Source of the DNA: an uncultured Pseudobdellovibrionaceae bacterium
Lineage (GTDB): Bacteria > Bdellovibrionota > Bdellovibrionia > Bdellovibrionales > UBA1609
Assembly: GCA_963803705.1 (NCBI GenBank)
Contig: CAWDNU010000001.1
Coordinates: 1 to 64,000 of the forward strand
Length of the DNA: 64,000 nt
Direction: 5' to 3'
Part shown: positions 42,735 to 54,136 of the stretch, piece after piece
Layout: each line of letters begins with the position of its first letter
Numbering within the stretch: the first letter of the stretch is position 1
Notes under the pieces: model-generated
Told to the model about the DNA's origin: nothing
What the model saw: only the letters and a program-made list of their open reading frames with translations
Database searches by the model: none
Program-made: the position numbers and the translations under genes

Positions 42735-45409
42735 CTAAATCTTAAGTTTTCGCTTTTTCTTTTCTTGTCGGCGACGCTGTTCACGATTTAAATTCTGATC
42801 TTGCGAGCCTTCGCTTTGATTAGTTTGGTAACCTTTATCTTGGCTAGGCTTCATCATACCCATAATCATTTGCTGGTCTGCAAATCCAGATGCTGCTTCA
42901 TCTGCACCTTTATAATCCAAATCCGAATCATCAAACTGTTCTTCCATTCTTCTAACTTGATTAGAGTCCATAACTTTTACTTTTAAAATCTTTTCAATAG
43001 TTTCAGAGCGAATCAAAGATAATATATTTTGAAAAGCGGTAAAAGCCTCTTTCTTATATTCAACTAGTGGATCTTTTTGAGCGTAAGCGCGTAGGTTGAT
43101 GCTTTCCTTTAATTTATCAACACTTTTCAAATGATCTTTCCAAAGCCCATCGATAGTTTGCAAATAAAACATTCTTAAAACTTGCGGGAAAACCTCGGGC
43201 CCTAGTTCCACTTTTTGCTTATCGTAAACCTCTTTGACTGAAGTGCTCACCAAGTTTGTTAACTCTTCGGGTGATGGTTCTTGAGTGAACCTGATTTCCA
43301 CCCCAAACTGTTTATTTAAAGCAGTCTCAAGACCCTTCAAATCCCAGTCTGCTGGCTTCGCATTTTCATTGACGTAAAAATCTAATAAATCAGAGGTAGT
43401 TTCCCCCAAAAGATCTAAAACTTGACGCTCTAAAGTTTCGATGTCGCCTTCAAGCACATCGCGCCTCAAACCATAAATTATTGTTCTTTGCTGATTCATT
43501 ACATCATCAAATTCTAAAAGATGTTTCCTGATATCAAAGTTGTGACCCTCTACTTTCCTTTGGGCTCCTTCAATTGATCGGTTAACCATGCGAGCTTCAA
43601 TGGGTTCATCCTCGGGAAAATTAAAACGTTCCATTATACGCTTCATAGTTTCACCGTTAAAGATCCTTAGTAAATCGTCATCCAAGCAGAGGTAGAATTT
43701 AGACTCTCCGGGATCACCCTGGCGACCAGCACGACCGCGAAGCTGATTGTCTACCCGCCGGGCCTCATGGCGTTCGGTTCCTATTATATACAGCCCACCA
43801 GCACTTATAACTTTTTTCTTCTCTTCCTCACACTGACCCTTATATTTCTGTAATGCTTTTTTGTAATCCTCAGAATCCTCATCTTCAAACTCTGACTTAG
43901 CCATAGCCTCGGCATTTCCACCTAAAACAATGTCTGTGCCACGCCCAGCCATGTTCGTGGCGATCGTAACTGCATGATGCCTTCCAGCTTGAGAAACAAT
44001 TTCAGCTTCTTTTTCATGATGTTTAGCATTCAAAACTTTATGTTTAATGTTTCTTTTATCGAGCATCTGAGAAATCAATTCTGATTTTTCGATGCTTACA
44101 GTACCAACTAAAATGGGCTGCCCAGATTCGGATTTTTCCAAAATGTCATTTGCAATCGCGTTGAATTTTGCCTTTTCGTTTTTGTAGATAACATCATTTT
44201 TATCTTCACGAGCAATAGGCCTATTGGTAGGTATAACCACCACATCTAAGTTATAGATTTTTTTAAACTCTACAGCTTCGGTTTCAGCTGTTCCAGTCAT
44301 TCCTGAAAGCTTATTGTACATCCTAAAATAATTTTGAAACGTGATAGTGGCTAAAGTTTGGTTTTCACTTTTGACGGTAACATTCTCTTTGGCTTCAACA
44401 GCTTGGTGTAAGCCATCACTCCATCTGCGGCCTTCCATAAGTCGTCCCGTGAACTCGTCGACGATAATGATCTCGTCATTAACCACCATGTAATCTACGT
44501 CTCGCTTGTACAGATAATACGCCTTAAGCCCTTGGTAGATATGGTGTAAGAGAGCAATAGTTTGAATGTCGTATACGTTTTCAACATTTAAAAGCTGTTC
44601 TACTTTGGTGTTACCCTCTTCTGTCAAAGAAACCGTTTTCGATTTTTCTTCCATGGTAAAATGTATATCTCTTTTCAAATGTGGAATGATCTTGTTAATC
44701 TCATAATATTTTTCGACTGAATCTTCAGATGGGCCTGAAATGATCAAAGGTGTCCGGGCTTCATCAATTAGAATAGAATCACATTCGTCTACGATGGCGT
44801 AATTCAAAGGTCTTTGCACGAAGTTCTCAGGATCGAATTTCATATTATCCCTAAGATAATCAAAGCCAAACTCGTTATTTGTTCCGTAAGTGATATCTGC
44901 GCCGTATGATTTTTTTCGTTCTTCATCAGACAAGTTATGGACAATAGTGCCTGTAGTTAGGCCCAACCAATTGTACAGTTCACCCATCCACTCGGCATCG
45001 CGACTTGCAAGGTAGTCATTAACTGTCACAACGTGTGCACCTTTTCCACTTAAACCGTTCAAATATATGGGTAAAGTTGCAACTAAAGTTTTTCCCTCAC
45101 CCGTTCTCATCTCAGCGATAGAACCTTTGTGCAAGATAATGCCGCCAATCATTTGAACATCGTAGTGCCTCATGCCAAGCACCCTGATACTAGCTTCGCG
45201 GCACACAGCAAATGCATCTACCATAATGTCATCCAGAGTAGCCCCTTGCTCTAGCTTCTCTCTAAAAATGACTGTCTGATACTTCAGATCCGCATCCGTC
45301 ATTTTTTTGAAATGCTTTCCCGGGCCGCAATCTGATCAACTGTGGGTTGAAGCTGTTTCATCAAACGATCGTGATGTGATCCAAAAATTTTAGTAAATAA
45401 TCCGCTCAT
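42735..45409 (-). CDS. secA: Preprotein translocase subunit SecA (frameshift near 45315)
   Basis: MSGLFTKIFGS start in another frame; MRTGEGKT, DECDSILIDEARTPLIISG, ATNMAGRGTDI, QLRGRAGRQGDPG; no C-terminal SEC-C zinc motif. Confidence 0.98.
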
Positions 45410-45538
45410 GGCGAAATCATAGCAAAAACAACATACTATTGCTACAAAAGGGTGAACTCACAGCGGCGTCACATCAACAAGCCAATTTAAGCTTAAAAGC
45501 CTTAACAATATTCAATTTTCGTGTTTTTCAACTAAATT

Positions 45539-46003
45539 TCAATAAAGCTTTTGCCTTAAAAACTCGTACCCGACGATTGCAACAGTATTAGCTATATTTA
45601 AGCTTCGGGTGGGACCCAGCATAGGCACCCTAATTTTGTGGTCAGGATAGGTCTCTAATATTTCATCTGGCAGGCCTTTTGTTTCTCTTCCAAAGATAAA
45701 GTAGTCGCCTTTTTGGAAATCAGGTTTAAAATATAACTGATCAGATTTGGTGGTCACTAAAAACTTTCTTCCCTCTGGCTCTGAATCTAAAAAATTATCC
45801 CAAGAATCGTGAAGACTTTTTTTTAAATGAGGCCAGTAATCTAGACCAGCCCGTTTCACGGATTTATCAGAAATATCAAATCCTAAAGGGCCAATCAGGT
45901 GCAACTTCGCCTGCATGGCCAAACACGTGCGGCCTATATTCCCAGTGTTATTAGGTATTTCTGGTTGCCATAAAACTACATGAAATAACGGTTCATAATC
46001 CAT
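45539..46003 (-). CDS. trmL: tRNA (cytidine/uridine-34-2'-O)-methyltransferase
   Basis: PEIPNNTGNIGRTC, RAGLDYW, FGRETKGLP, RSLNIAN. Confidence 0.95.
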   Translation of the reverse strand: MDYEPLFHVVLWQPEIPNNTGNIGRTCLAMQAKLHLIGPLGFDISDKSVKRAGLDYWPHLKKSLHDSWDNFLDSEPEGRKFLVTTKSDQLYFKPDFQKGDYFIFGRETKGLPDEILETYPDHKIRVPMLGPTRSLNIANTVAIVGYEFLRQKLY

Positions 46004-46145
46004 GGTTAGTTATTCCTTGCTATTGCGGTTTAACTTTTATTAATGATTACAGATGTTTTGCACTTCGAAACCTTTAATGTTAACAAAAATCTATAAATTT
46101 CAGTGGTAATGAACTTTTTTTAGATTCACTTAGGTTTACAATCTT

Positions 46146-46484
46146 ATGAAAAAAATAGAAGCCATAATTAAACCATTTAAGCTAGATGAAGTTATTGATG
46201 CTTTGTCTGAAATTAGCATTGAAGGGGTTTCCGTATCTGAAATCCGTGGTTTTGGGCATCAAAAATCTAATGCAGAGGTTTATGAAGGTTCAGAATATAT
46301 TGTAGATTTCTTACCCAAGGTAAAGCTTGAAATCATTGTTTCAAATCATATGAAATCAGCAGTTATTGAAGCCATTCAGACCGCGGCTAAAACTGGCAAA
46401 TCAGGCGACGGTAAAATTTTTGTTTTCGATGTGCTGGAAGCTGTGCGCATTAGAACTGGCGAGAAAAATGAAGAAGCTCTTTGA
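46146..46484 (+). CDS. glnB: P-II nitrogen regulator
   Basis: MKKIEAIIKPFKLD, EYIVDFLPKVK, GDGKIFV, RIRTGE. Confidence 0.95.
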   Translation: MKKIEAIIKPFKLDEVIDALSEISIEGVSVSEIRGFGHQKSNAEVYEGSEYIVDFLPKVKLEIIVSNHMKSAVIEAIQTAAKTGKSGDGKIFVFDVLEAVRIRTGEKNEEAL

Positions 46485-46536
46485 TGATATTAATAAAGAA
46501 TTTTAGATAGTTTAAACTTAAATAAGGACAAAAAAT

Positions 46537-47952
46537 ATGACACCGAATGAGGTTTTGGTATTTTGTAAAAAAAATGAAGTAGAAATGGTCGATTTAAAAT
46601 TTGTGGACTTACCTGGTATTTGGCAGCATTTAACAGTGCCTATCCATCAACTGACTGAAGAGTCCTTCGAAGAGGGTTTTAACTTTGATGGCTCGTCCAT
46701 TAGAGGTTGGAAAAGCATCAACGAATCTGATATGAAAATGATTCCTGACCCTACAAGTGCACTGATTGACCCATTTATAGAAACACCCACTGTCTCGTTG
46801 ATCTGTGACATCGTAAACCCTGATACTTTTGAACCCTACAACAGAGATCCCAGACAAGTTTTGAAAAAAGCGTTAGCTTATTTAAAATCTACAGGTATCG
46901 CAGATGAAGCTTACTTTGGACCAGAGGCCGAATTTTTTATCTTTGATGACGTCAAGTACAACCAAAGCACTAACTCTGCATTTTATTCTGTAGATTCTGA
47001 TGAAGCTTCTTGGAACACCGGGCGCGACGAAGATGGTTCTAACTTGGGCTACAAAACTGCCATGAAGGGAGGATATTTCCCAGCGCTTCCATCTGATACG
47101 CTAACTGATATTAGAAATGATATTTGTTTACAGCTTGAAAAAAACGGCATCCAAGTCGAAAGACACCACCACGAAGTTGCGACTGCAGGTCAATGTGAAA
47201 TCAATTATAGATTTGATAGAATGTTGCAAATTGCTGATAAAACAATGTGGTTCAAATATGTGGTTAAAAATATTGCTCAGCGAAACATGAAAACAGTTAC
47301 ATTCATGCCAAAACCTTTATTCGGTGATAACGGCAGCGGGATGCACACTCATATTTCCCTTTGGAAAAATGACAAACCCCTTTTTGCCGGAGATAAATAT
47401 GCTGGTCTTTCTGAATTAGGCATGAATTTTATTGGTGGTATTTTAAAAAATGCGCGCTCAACATGTGCCTTCACAAATCCAACTACAAATTCTTATAAAA
47501 GGTTAGTACCAGGGTTTGAAGCTCCGGTTAAGCTTGCCTACAGCTATAAAAATAGATCTGCAGCAATTAGAATTCCTAACTCTGGCCCAGACCCAAAAGC
47601 AAAGCGGATTGAATTTCGCACCCCTGACCCAAGCGCAAATGTCTATCTGGCTTTTGCAGCATTGATTATGGCGGGTATTGATGGAGTAACTAACAAAATC
47701 GATCCAGGAAGACCTTTAGATAAAGACATTTATGGATTACCGCCAGAAGAATTAAAGAATATTCCCTCTGTTCCAGCCACTCTTGATGAAGCATTGAAAA
47801 GCTTAGAAGACGATTCTGAATTTTTAAGAAAAGGCGATGTTTTTGACCAGGACCTAATTGAATCGTGGATTGCTTATAAATGGGAAAAAGAGGTTCGACC
47901 TATGCAACAAAGACCCACACCTTTTGAATTTCAGCTTTACTACGACGTATAG
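46537..47952 (+). CDS. glnA: Glutamine synthetase type I
   Basis: [48 protein letters not shown]. Confidence 0.98.
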   Translation: MTPNEVLVFCKKNEVEMVDLKFVDLPGIWQHLTVPIHQLTEESFEEGFNFDGSSIRGWKSINESDMKMIPDPTSALIDPFIETPTVSLICDIVNPDTFEPYNRDPRQVLKKALAYLKSTGIADEAYFGPEAEFFIFDDVKYNQSTNSAFYSVDSDEASWNTGRDEDGSNLGYKTAMKGGYFPALPSDTLTDIRNDICLQLEKNGIQVERHHHEVATAGQCEINYRFDRMLQIADKTMWFKYVVKNIAQRNMKTVTFMPKPLFGDNGSGMHTHISLWKNDKPLFAGDKYAGLSELGMNFIGGILKNARSTCAFTNPTTNSYKRLVPGFEAPVKLAYSYKNRSAAIRIPNSGPDPKAKRIEFRTPDPSANVYLAFAALIMAGIDGVTNKIDPGRPLDKDIYGLPPEELKNIPSVPATLDEALKSLEDDSEFLRKGDVFDQDLIESWIAYKWEKEVRPMQQRPTPFEFQLYYDV

Positions 47953-48020
47953 AACTGTGAAAATAAGATTGTAAGGCCTCTAGGTGAAATTATGAAGATG
48001 GGGCCGATAAAGGAGAAACC

Positions 48021-48395
48021 ATGGAATTAGAAAATAAAATTATTACTTTTATGGACCACCTTTGGGTTAGCGTCGAAGACTCTATTATAACCGTTGGAAT
48101 TCTTGAAAGCGGCCTTGAAGATGCCACCGAGATCTATCATGCGGATCTCCCTGCAGAAAACTCTGAAATAGAAGGCGAAGAAATTTGTGGTGAAGTTCAC
48201 ACCGACGACGGACCAATAAATCTTTATTCGCCAGTAGCTGGTACGGTTTTGGAAATAAATTCTACTGTTATTGCAAATCCTAGAATGTTATTCGAAGATT
48301 CCGAGGACGACTGTTGGTTATTCAAAGTTGAAGCTGCTGAACAGGATCAACTGGAAAGATTCTTAGAAGAATCTTCCGAAAATGAACCGGACTAG
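48021..48395 (+). CDS. GcvH-like protein lacking the lipoyl-lysine
   Basis: HLWV..ITVGI, LYSPVAGTVLEINS, WLFKV; EVHTDDG replaces ESVKA. Confidence 0.85.
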   Translation: MELENKIITFMDHLWVSVEDSIITVGILESGLEDATEIYHADLPAENSEIEGEEICGEVHTDDGPINLYSPVAGTVLEINSTVIANPRMLFEDSEDDCWLFKVEAAEQDQLERFLEESSENEPD

Positions 48396-48404
48396 TAAAA
48401 TTGA

Positions 48405-48935
48405 TTAAAGGCTAGTGGCTGTGAAACTAACTTCTTCTGAAAAGTTGCCTACAGGATTCAAATAGTCGCCGTAAAATCCCGATACAGTCATGATTATTTT
48501 GTAATCTGCGCCAATAGGCGGAACTTCTCCACTATGGTAAGGTTGCAGACCACCGACGATAATAATTTGGTCAGCCATCTTCACCATTTCAAAAGCCTCA
48601 GCTTTAGCAAAAGTGACAGAATTATTGGACCTCAACAAACCGAACTTACCCAATTCAAATAAAGTGTTAGATGGTTTTGCCGTCAAGAAACTTGTACCCA
48701 TAGGACCATCTACAATCACTTGCATTTCAGTGATTGATAAGGGCTCGGCACTCTTTGAGTTATCAATGTGTAGCTTAAATGATGTGCTAGGTTTCGCCAC
48801 TACTATTGTGCCAGTTAAATCATCAATAATTCGATCTATATTTAGTACGACTGGATTACTAGGATTTATGGTGATTACTTTTGCATTTGTGATAGCGCAA
48901 ATTAAAATTAGGACAAGTGATAGTACTACTTTCAT
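48405..48935 (-). CDS. Secreted hypothetical protein
   Basis: Signal peptide; AGGAG RBS. Confidence 0.7.
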   Translation of the reverse strand: MKVVLSLVLILICAITNAKVITINPSNPVVLNIDRIIDDLTGTIVVAKPSTSFKLHIDNSKSAEPLSITEMQVIVDGPMGTSFLTAKPSNTLFELGKFGLLRSNNSVTFAKAEAFEMVKMADQIIIVGGLQPYHSGEVPPIGADYKIIMTVSGFYGDYLNPVGNFSEEVSFTATSL

Positions 48936-49079
48936 AAAAAGAGACTCCTGAAAAATTGTTCGTATTGCTATACCAACAGATTTTAAAAGGTACTGTCAAT
49001 TATTATGGTGCACAAAGTTAAGAACAGTCGTAGACTTAAAACCACGTTATCGAAAAAATTCGACGCTTGTTTTTGAGCT

Positions 49080-51713
49080 TTAGGAATTTAAAATCTGCTG
49101 GGCAACTTCAGATAAATTGTTAGAAATATTATTAGTTTCTAGAATACGCTCTAATTGGTTATTAATCATGTCTTTATTTTTATCTGAAACTGACGTTTTG
49201 ATTCTATAGGTTTTAGCCAAAGCCGCAGACACACTTCTATTGATTGAGTCCATGAATATAATCTCGTCAGCCATAACTTTATAGCCCTCACCAGAGTCGT
49301 GGTGAAACATGACGTAATTCCTAGCAAAAGATCCCCAAAGCGATCGAACATAGTTCGGGACCGAACTATTGTATTCTGGCAGGGCTTTTAAAATGGCCAA
49401 CTTGTCAAACAGAGTTGTAGTTTCGCCAAGAGTTTGAGTTCTAAACCATTTCTGTAAGACAAGATCTTCTTTTTTCCAAGACTGGTAGAACTCCTGATTG
49501 ACCTGTTTAGCACTATCTTCAAAAAAGCTATTGATAATATAAATACCATTAAATTGGTCAGTCATATTGTCTGCGTTTTCAAAGTGTTTAAAAACTAAGT
49601 CCTGATGATTACTTCCTAGTCTGGCTAAGTAGCCCAATGCCAAATTTTTTAATGCCCTAGATCCTACTTTTTTAGACGAAAATTCACCTTTTGTTTTATC
49701 TTCTAAGTTTTTGTACAAATCAAGAAACTGTACTTCGAAAGCTTGGGCTATCTGATTTAAAAATAAGTCTCTAGATTTTTTTGTTTTTATAAAATTTATA
49801 GTTTTCTGTTTTTGATGAAGCACTGACTCTGTAGGAGCAGTTAAAAGCAGTGACTTCATATGATCGTCCACGGCTTCATCATTAATAATTTCGCTGAGAG
49901 CTGAGATAATTTTTAAATCCAACTTAGCGTTTCCATCTTGAATAGAGTCTAAAATCCAATCTGAAACAATTTTTTGCCCTATTTCATATTTATTAAAATG
50001 ATCGTTATCATGTTTCAACAAAAGTAGATCGTGATCTAAGTTAGACTCTGTTTTTAGATTTACCGGTGCACTTAAAGATCTGTTTAAAGACAAAACCGGA
50101 GAACACACTACATCTTGAAAAGTCACTTTTCCAGAAAGCTCAGTTAGTGCAACTACATTCTGATCCCAATAAGACTGATCACTATCTTCAACTGTTGGTT
50201 TGAATTCCACACCTTCAGAATTTAAAAACCCAATTTTAATTGGAATAAGCAATGGATCTGAACCTGCTCCACCTTTCTGAATTTGTTTGTAATGAAGCTC
50301 GTAGGTCTTCATCGATTCATTGTACGAACCATTAAGTTCAACCACAGGAGTGCCCACTTGCGAGTACCAGTTTTTAAATAACTCTAAGTTGAAATGGGAA
50401 TTGGTAAGTTTCATGGCCTGAAGAAAGTCTTCTGTCGTCACAGCCTGGCCGTCAAAAAGCTCGAAATACTTCTTCATACCTTTTTGAAAACCATCTTCGC
50501 CAACCAAAGTGTGTATCATTCGAATAACTTCGGCACCTTTTTCATAGACTGTAGCCGTATAAAAATTATTTATTTGAGCGTAACTTTCCGGCCGAATAGG
50601 GTGTGCCATTGGTGAAGAGTCTTCAGGAAACTGTCCTTCTTTTAAAGCTTTTACATCTTGAATCCTTTGAACTGCTCTTGAATTTAAATCAGCCGAAAAT
50701 TCTTGGTCTCTAAAAACTGTTAATCCTTCTTTTAAAGTCAGCTGAAACCAATCGCGGCAGGTGACACGATTTCCTGTCCAGTTGTGAAAGTACTCGTGCC
50801 CGATAACACTTTCAATAGCCATATAGTCGCCATCAGTTGCCGTGGCCTGTTCGGCTAAAACCAGTGCAGAGTTAAAAATGTTTAGCCCTTTATTTTCCAT
50901 AGCTCCAGCATTGAATGATCCCACAGACACGATCATAAATTGATCGAGGTCGTATTCCAAATCAAACCGCTCTTCATCCCACTTCATTGCTTTTTTTAAA
51001 GACTGCATTGCAAAATCACAGCGAGTTTCTTGACCCGGGTCACAGTATATCGAAAGGTCTATCTTTCTATTTGATTTCGTTACAAATTCGCCTTTTACTA
51101 GACCTAAATTTCCGGCGACTAATGCAAATAAATAGGACGGTTTTGGAAATGGGTCCTGCCATTTTGACCAGTGCTTATTGTTTTCTAAATCACCAGAACC
51201 GACACAGTTGCCATTGGCTAATAAAACTGGGTAGTCTTCTTTGCTGCCTACCAACTTTACGTTAAAAGTAGCCATATTGTCAGGACGATCAATAAAGTAG
51301 GTAATTCTTCTGAATCCCTCGGGTTCGTTTTGTGTGCATAATATTGTGTCGCTAAGATACAAGCCTTCTAGAGCAAGATTCTTCTCAGGCGAAATGTGAC
51401 AGACTGTTTCTACAACAAATTTGGACTTGCCAGGATTCTTTAAAATCAACCCTTTTTCGTTGATAAAATAATTTGATTTTTCAAAATCTTTTCCGTCTAT
51501 TTTAATAGACTGAAGCATTAGATTTTCTCCATTTAGAAAAATGTCCTCTGCTGAATCGTAGGACTCAATTTTCAACTTAGCAGTTACAGTAGTTAATTTG
51601 GGATCTAATTCGAATTCAAGATCCACTTCAACGATTTTATAAGGCAAAGCCTTATAATCCTTTAAATAGGTTTTTTTAATAGAGATTTCAGATTCATTTT
51701 TTAGCATGATCAA
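49080..51713 (-). CDS. pepN: Aminopeptidase N
   Basis: GAMENKGLN, HEYFHNWTGNRVTCRDWFQL.LKEG, NFYTATVYEKGAEV. Confidence 0.98.
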   Translation of the reverse strand: MIMLKNESEISIKKTYLKDYKALPYKIVEVDLEFELDPKLTTVTAKLKIESYDSAEDIFLNGENLMLQSIKIDGKDFEKSNYFINEKGLILKNPGKSKFVVETVCHISPEKNLALEGLYLSDTILCTQNEPEGFRRITYFIDRPDNMATFNVKLVGSKEDYPVLLANGNCVGSGDLENNKHWSKWQDPFPKPSYLFALVAGNLGLVKGEFVTKSNRKIDLSIYCDPGQETRCDFAMQSLKKAMKWDEERFDLEYDLDQFMIVSVGSFNAGAMENKGLNIFNSALVLAEQATATDGDYMAIESVIGHEYFHNWTGNRVTCRDWFQLTLKEGLTVFRDQEFSADLNSRAVQRIQDVKALKEGQFPEDSSPMAHPIRPESYAQINNFYTATVYEKGAEVIRMIHTLVGEDGFQKGMKKYFELFDGQAVTTEDFLQAMKLTNSHFNLELFKNWYSQVGTPVVELNGSYNESMKTYELHYKQIQKGGAGSDPLLIPIKIGFLNSEGVEFKPTVEDSDQSYWDQNVVALTELSGKVTFQDVVCSPVLSLNRSLSAPVNLKTESNLDHDLLLLKHDNDHFNKYEIGQKIVSDWILDSIQDGNAKLDLKIISALSEIINDEAVDDHMKSLLLTAPTESVLHQKQKTINFIKTKKSRDLFLNQIAQAFEVQFLDLYKNLEDKTKGEFSSKKVGSRALKNLALGYLARLGSNHQDLVFKHFENADNMTDQFNGIYIINSFFEDSAKQVNQEFYQSWKKEDLVLQKWFRTQTLGETTTLFDKLAILKALPEYNSSVPNYVRSLWGSFARNYVMFHHDSGEGYKVMADEIIFMDSINRSVSAALAKTYRIKTSVSDKNKDMINNQLERILETNNISNNLSEVAQQILNS

Positions 51714-51908
51714 GTCCTGTAGTTACATGAGTAGATACTAGGGTTATGCTATTTAGTTTTTATAAACAAGAGAGTGCGCCAAATTAAAGCCGAGGCCCAA
51801 AGGACTAATGATTATAACTTTTCTGCATTGCGTAGGACAGCTTCAATTGAGGTCGGCCAGAAACCTATATTTTAGTTAACTCACCACCATAAGTGATTTT
51901 TGCAAAGC

Positions 51909-52490
51909 CTAAAATATTTCAGGTTCGGCGCATTTATATTTTAAAATCTCTCGGGTGCTTGAGGTGTTCTGTGCATCAACATTTGTGTTTAATTGTGAAA
52001 TCGCGTAGCTCGTGGTTTTCACACCTTTAGACACAGAGACAATTGTTTCGATTTTAGCAACCGATAAAATACGGTTAAAATCTTTTTCGCCGTCGATTAA
52101 TTGGGGATCAACTTTTGTGATCCAAACCATGTGGCTCTTTACCTCTAATCCTTCTTCTTGAGGTCTTAGCTCGAATTGAAATTGTCTTACTCTTTCTGTG
52201 ACTTCTTCCCCGTTAACTAATAGGTCAACTAATGGCCAACCCTCTTCTGGCTCACCTATAACTACAGTGATGAATTTTGAATGATCTAGCTCTGGGTTTA
52301 TATGTTCTTGCTTTTCTAACTCATTTTCATCCGATGAAAGAGTCGCTGACTCAAAATTTGGTGCTTCCAAAAAACAAGTAAAACTTGCCCAAGACTTAAA
52401 TTTTTTGCCACTATTAGAGTCACCAAAGGCCAAAGCGTTTTGCACCAAAACTGTAAATAAAATAGGAAATATAAATTTTGAACTGATCAT
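51909..52490 (-). CDS. Secreted hypothetical protein
   Basis: Signal peptide; GGAGG RBS. Confidence 0.7.
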   Translation of the reverse strand: MISSKFIFPILFTVLVQNALAFGDSNSGKKFKSWASFTCFLEAPNFESATLSSDENELEKQEHINPELDHSKFITVVIGEPEEGWPLVDLLVNGEEVTERVRQFQFELRPQEEGLEVKSHMVWITKVDPQLIDGEKDFNRILSVAKIETIVSVSKGVKTTSYAISQLNTNVDAQNTSSTREILKYKCAEPEIF

Positions 52491-52594
52491 AAGATCGCCT
52501 CCCCCTCGGAGTCATAAGGTTAATTTAAAGGCAAAATATAGGCGAATTCTTAAATTGTAAACCTAAAAAAGCTTACACATTGAATATATTGAAC

Positions 52595-53614
52595 TTATAG
52601 ATCCACTTTGGTGGCTAACACTATCAGTTCCGTTCCCATTCTACTGGGTGCAGAAACTCTAGAACGCATCCAAAAATCGGTTCTGAAATAACTACCAATT
52701 CTTTGGCTAATTTCAGCTTCAGTTGCACCGTAAGGTGGTCCTTGCACTTTGGGCATAGTAAAAAATACACCCAATATCTGACCTTGATCGGTTAGAAGTC
52801 TCTCCCAAGTTTTAACCAGGTCAGATCTAAAGTTAGGATCGATTGCACAGTACAAGGTGTGATCAAAAACTAAATCGAACTGCTGAAAATATTGTGTTTC
52901 TAAATTCAGCAAATCTTGTTGGCACCATTTAAGATTTGAATTTTCGCCATACTGCTTCTTAGCAACCTGCAGGGCTTCTGAACTAAAATCAAAACCTATA
53001 GTTTTATGGCCTAAAGATGAAAAATAGTGGGCATCATGTCCAGATCCGCACCCTAAGACTGCAATTCTCATTTTAGGTAGTTTAAATTTTTGCAAAGCCC
53101 AAACTAGTGAAGGGGACGGCTTCCCTAAATCCCACGGAGTTTTTTGCTCTATATACTGCTCTGACCAAAATTTTGGTTGAGTAACCAAACTATTTTTTTT
53201 TAACCAAGCCGGAGTTAAATAATTGACATTACGAATGGTGATGCTGTCATCGGAAAACTCATCGCTCATATCAAAAAGCTGCTCTTGTGCCACGTCTGAA
53301 AGCATAGCGGGAACTTTGTCAAATGTGTAGATGATAAATTTATCTTCGTAGTTTAAAAAAGCCTCGCGCAGGTTTAACTTAAGAGGCAAATCATATTGGC
53401 CTTTGCAGTGTAGTATCTCACCCTCGACAGAATCAATGTGTGAGACAATATATACGAAATTGTACACCTCCACGATCTCGTCTTCTGCAGTGAGATAAAC
53501 GTTATTTTTCAATGTGATTGAACTAATAATTTTTTTAGTTAGATCATTGTCTTGAACTAAATTTCCTTCTACGTTTAGCAAGTCGCCTTTGGAATTTATC
53601 TTAAAGAAGTTCAT
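52595..53614 (-). CDS. TPMT-like SAM-dependent methyltransferase with an extra N-terminal domain
   Basis: FW...Y....TPWDLG.PSP, VLGCGSGHDA, DHTLYCAI.P, GPPYG. Confidence 0.88.
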   Translation of the reverse strand: MNFFKINSKGDLLNVEGNLVQDNDLTKKIISSITLKNNVYLTAEDEIVEVYNFVYIVSHIDSVEGEILHCKGQYDLPLKLNLREAFLNYEDKFIIYTFDKVPAMLSDVAQEQLFDMSDEFSDDSITIRNVNYLTPAWLKKNSLVTQPKFWSEQYIEQKTPWDLGKPSPSLVWALQKFKLPKMRIAVLGCGSGHDAHYFSSLGHKTIGFDFSSEALQVAKKQYGENSNLKWCQQDLLNLETQYFQQFDLVFDHTLYCAIDPNFRSDLVKTWERLLTDQGQILGVFFTMPKVQGPPYGATEAEISQRIGSYFRTDFWMRSRVSAPSRMGTELIVLATKVDL

Positions 53615-53622
53615 CTAAAATT

Positions 53623-54039
53623 CTAATTCTCTGATTTGGAAGATGTGAATTTTAAGCCTTCTTGAAACTCGATGGTCTCGCCTTCAATTCGAATTGAGTC
53701 AACGATCCAAACTTGTTCATTATTTGTTTCGTCAGCTTTTGTGAGTACAACACTACCATTTCTTACAATTTTATTCATTGAATCTGCTGTAATTTCGTCA
53801 AAACTTATCGAAAATTTAGCTTCAACTTTTGCCTCACTTAGCTCTTTAGTCCAAAATTTTCTAAAGACAATATTATTTACGTCGTTAGCCTGACCTTCCA
53901 TCACCTTGATAATTTGATCTTGAAGACCATTTTGAATTCCTACCATGGTTTGCTCTGTCACTCCGTAGTTTGAGGAGTAAAAAGCCGACCATGTCCACGC
54001 CATGAGCGCAAAAATAATTATAAGACCCAGTGTTTTCAT
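53623..54039 (-). CDS. Membrane-anchored hypothetical protein
   Basis: N-terminal TM helix; AGGAG RBS. Confidence 0.7.
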   Translation of the reverse strand: MKTLGLIIIFALMAWTWSAFYSSNYGVTEQTMVGIQNGLQDQIIKVMEGQANDVNNIVFRKFWTKELSEAKVEAKFSISFDEITADSMNKIVRNGSVVLTKADETNNEQVWIVDSIRIEGETIEFQEGLKFTSSKSEN

Positions 54040-54136
54040 TTTGACTCCTTTACAGAATCAAAACTACCTTATCAGACTAAGAAATGGTATTTTTAACTCT
54101 TAGTAGAGCATTTATCGCATAGCCCCAATTAGAGGT

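Noticed and set aside
45300..45330. Programmed frameshift in secA
   Set aside because: It lies near a T homopolymer in an indel-prone assembly; no supporting structure seen.
47984..48010. GCCGATAA sigma28 -10 element before the gcvH-like gene
   Set aside because: Poor -35 element, and too close to the RBS and start.
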